Notes under the pieces: generated by a model
What the model was told of the DNA's origin: nothing
What the model saw: the letters and a program-made list of their open reading frames with translations, nothing else
Database searches by the model: none
Shown here: positions 62,593 to 64,000 of the stretch, piece after piece
Layout of the letters: each line of letters opens with the position of its first letter
How positions within the stretch are numbered: the stretch's first letter is position 1
Assembly: GCF_021028975.2 (NCBI RefSeq)
Contig: NC_059436.1
Coordinates: 35,402,001 to 35,466,000, forward strand
Direction: 5' to 3'
DNA from: Sphaerodactylus townsendi
Taxonomy: Eukaryota
DNA length: 64,000 nt
Program-made: the position numbers and the translations under genes

Positions 62593-64000
62593 TTCCAGCT
62601 GCATCTCGTTGGTCATTGTTGGAAACAGGATGCAGAGTCAGGTGGCTCTTTGGTCTGGCCATCCAGGGCAGTTCTTACATTGGCATGAAATTAATCTGCA
62701 CCTTTATCCTTCTGGATATGCTGCTTTTGTTGCTGGATATGCATGCCCAGAGATTTTTTTTTAATGGAAGCGCTCCCAGTTATAGTGCAGTAGCACACTG
62801 ACCAAAAAGATTGCATGCTGACTGTGTATTTTAACTGTTAAAACACCTCACAAGAAAAGGTGGCTGCAATTTGAGTTTAGGAGCAAGCTTTTGGGAGTGC
62901 CAGGCAAAGCTGGAAATTTCTGCCTCATGTAATGGTGAGTAGCCGGTTTAAATTCCTGTAAATCAGGATTTCTTCTTTTTTTAAAAAAATGTAGCAAACA
63001 CAGTAATGCGAGAAATACATCCTGCACCCTCATAAATGCATTTTTTTTCATGATTCCAGATCTCAGCTGTGCTCTTGAGAGTAGAGTCTGGAGCTGAAGC
63101 CCATTCCCCCCCCCCCCCCCCGGCCTCCCCAGCTTCAAATCAGTTCAACATTTTCTATGAATCCCAGGGGCATATCGCCCAGTGGGACATATGGGGTCAA
63201 ATGTCCCCAGGTTGCAGCCATTTAGTCACACAGGGGGCGGAAAATTGTCCCCACACCCCTCCTCCTTCCCACAGGGTCCATACACTGACTTTAAGACCTG
63301 GTGCAAAAAAAGTTGTTTAGTCGTGGTGGGGGAGGGCGGCTGCCCATACCGGGGTGGGGTGGGGGACTCAGATTGTGCATTTTCTCTAGATACCTGGAGG
63401 ACAGAATGACACAGCCATCATCCCTTCGTTGTTCTCTCCATAACATCTCCCGTTCTCCATTAAATCTTTTGCATTCCAGTGCTCAAGTCATTGTAATCAT
63501 GAGCATGAGGATTTCCATCCGGACCAAGATAAGGAAGAAGCAGCTGGCCTGGTGTTTAACTCAGCATGATGTGCCGGCTATTAAAAAGCTGTGTATTCTG
63601 ATAGAAACTGAAAGAAACTTGCAAACTCGATCAACCTGCTTTGTGCAGAGTCAGGCTGTCCAGCACAGAATTGTCTACAGCGGCATTCTAGGGGCCCAGG
63701 CAGAGAAAGGTCTTTCTCAGCATCTGCTGCTTAAATCTCTTGTACTAGTGATTGAACTGGGGAATCTTCTGCATGCAAAGCTCATGCTCTGAAGTTGCCT
63801 TGTCAAATTATGAGTCCATCTAGTCCACCAACTCTCCGGACCTTCAGACAAAGGAGGGTCAAGGTAGATAGGGATCCTTCTAACCAGAGCTATTGAGCTT
63901 GGGGCTTTCTGCGTGCAAATTGGGTAAACTGATATGTACTGGATGCATTTCAAGGTTAGGAAACAGCTAACAGAGGCCAGATGTATAAAATTAAAAGTGA

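Noticed and set aside
63301-63792. 163-aa ORF near the window end (CYSRT1 would be expected on this side by human synteny)
   Set aside because: It starts inside a transposon-like segment and has no cysteine-rich tail or other recognisable similarity; the next gene is probably outside the window.

Overview
Vertebrate genomic DNA from a squamate reptile, probably a gecko judging from the SINE/MITE repertoire. The gene order matches the human 9q34.3 block. The window holds intronless TMEM203 (-), head-to-head with NDOR1 (+) across a small bidirectional CpG promoter. NDOR1 has 14 coding exons reconstructed by hand into an uninterrupted 592-aa frame. Next come an unnamed single-ORF RING-HC gene with a hydrophobic C-terminal anchor (+, 394 aa) and, convergent with it, RNF208 (-, 266 aa, ending in CaaX), whose likely CpG-island promoter lies at about 59-60 kb. 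Introns and intergenic DNA are dense with mobile elements: Squam3-type tRNA/CORE SINEs, 5S-derived SINEs, CR1, L1, RTE-like and Penelope-like retroelements, and several hAT and Harbinger MITEs with clean target-site duplications (TSDs). The best leads are the unnamed RING E3-ligase gene, a SPIN (horizontally transferred hAT) MITE, hammerhead-ribozyme relics in Penelope-like termini, and inverted SINE pairs bracketing a stop-free, frame-closed NDOR1 exon 10-12 block. No prokaryotic-type systems (CRISPR, operons) are present. All family names come from recalled consensus features, not from database searches.
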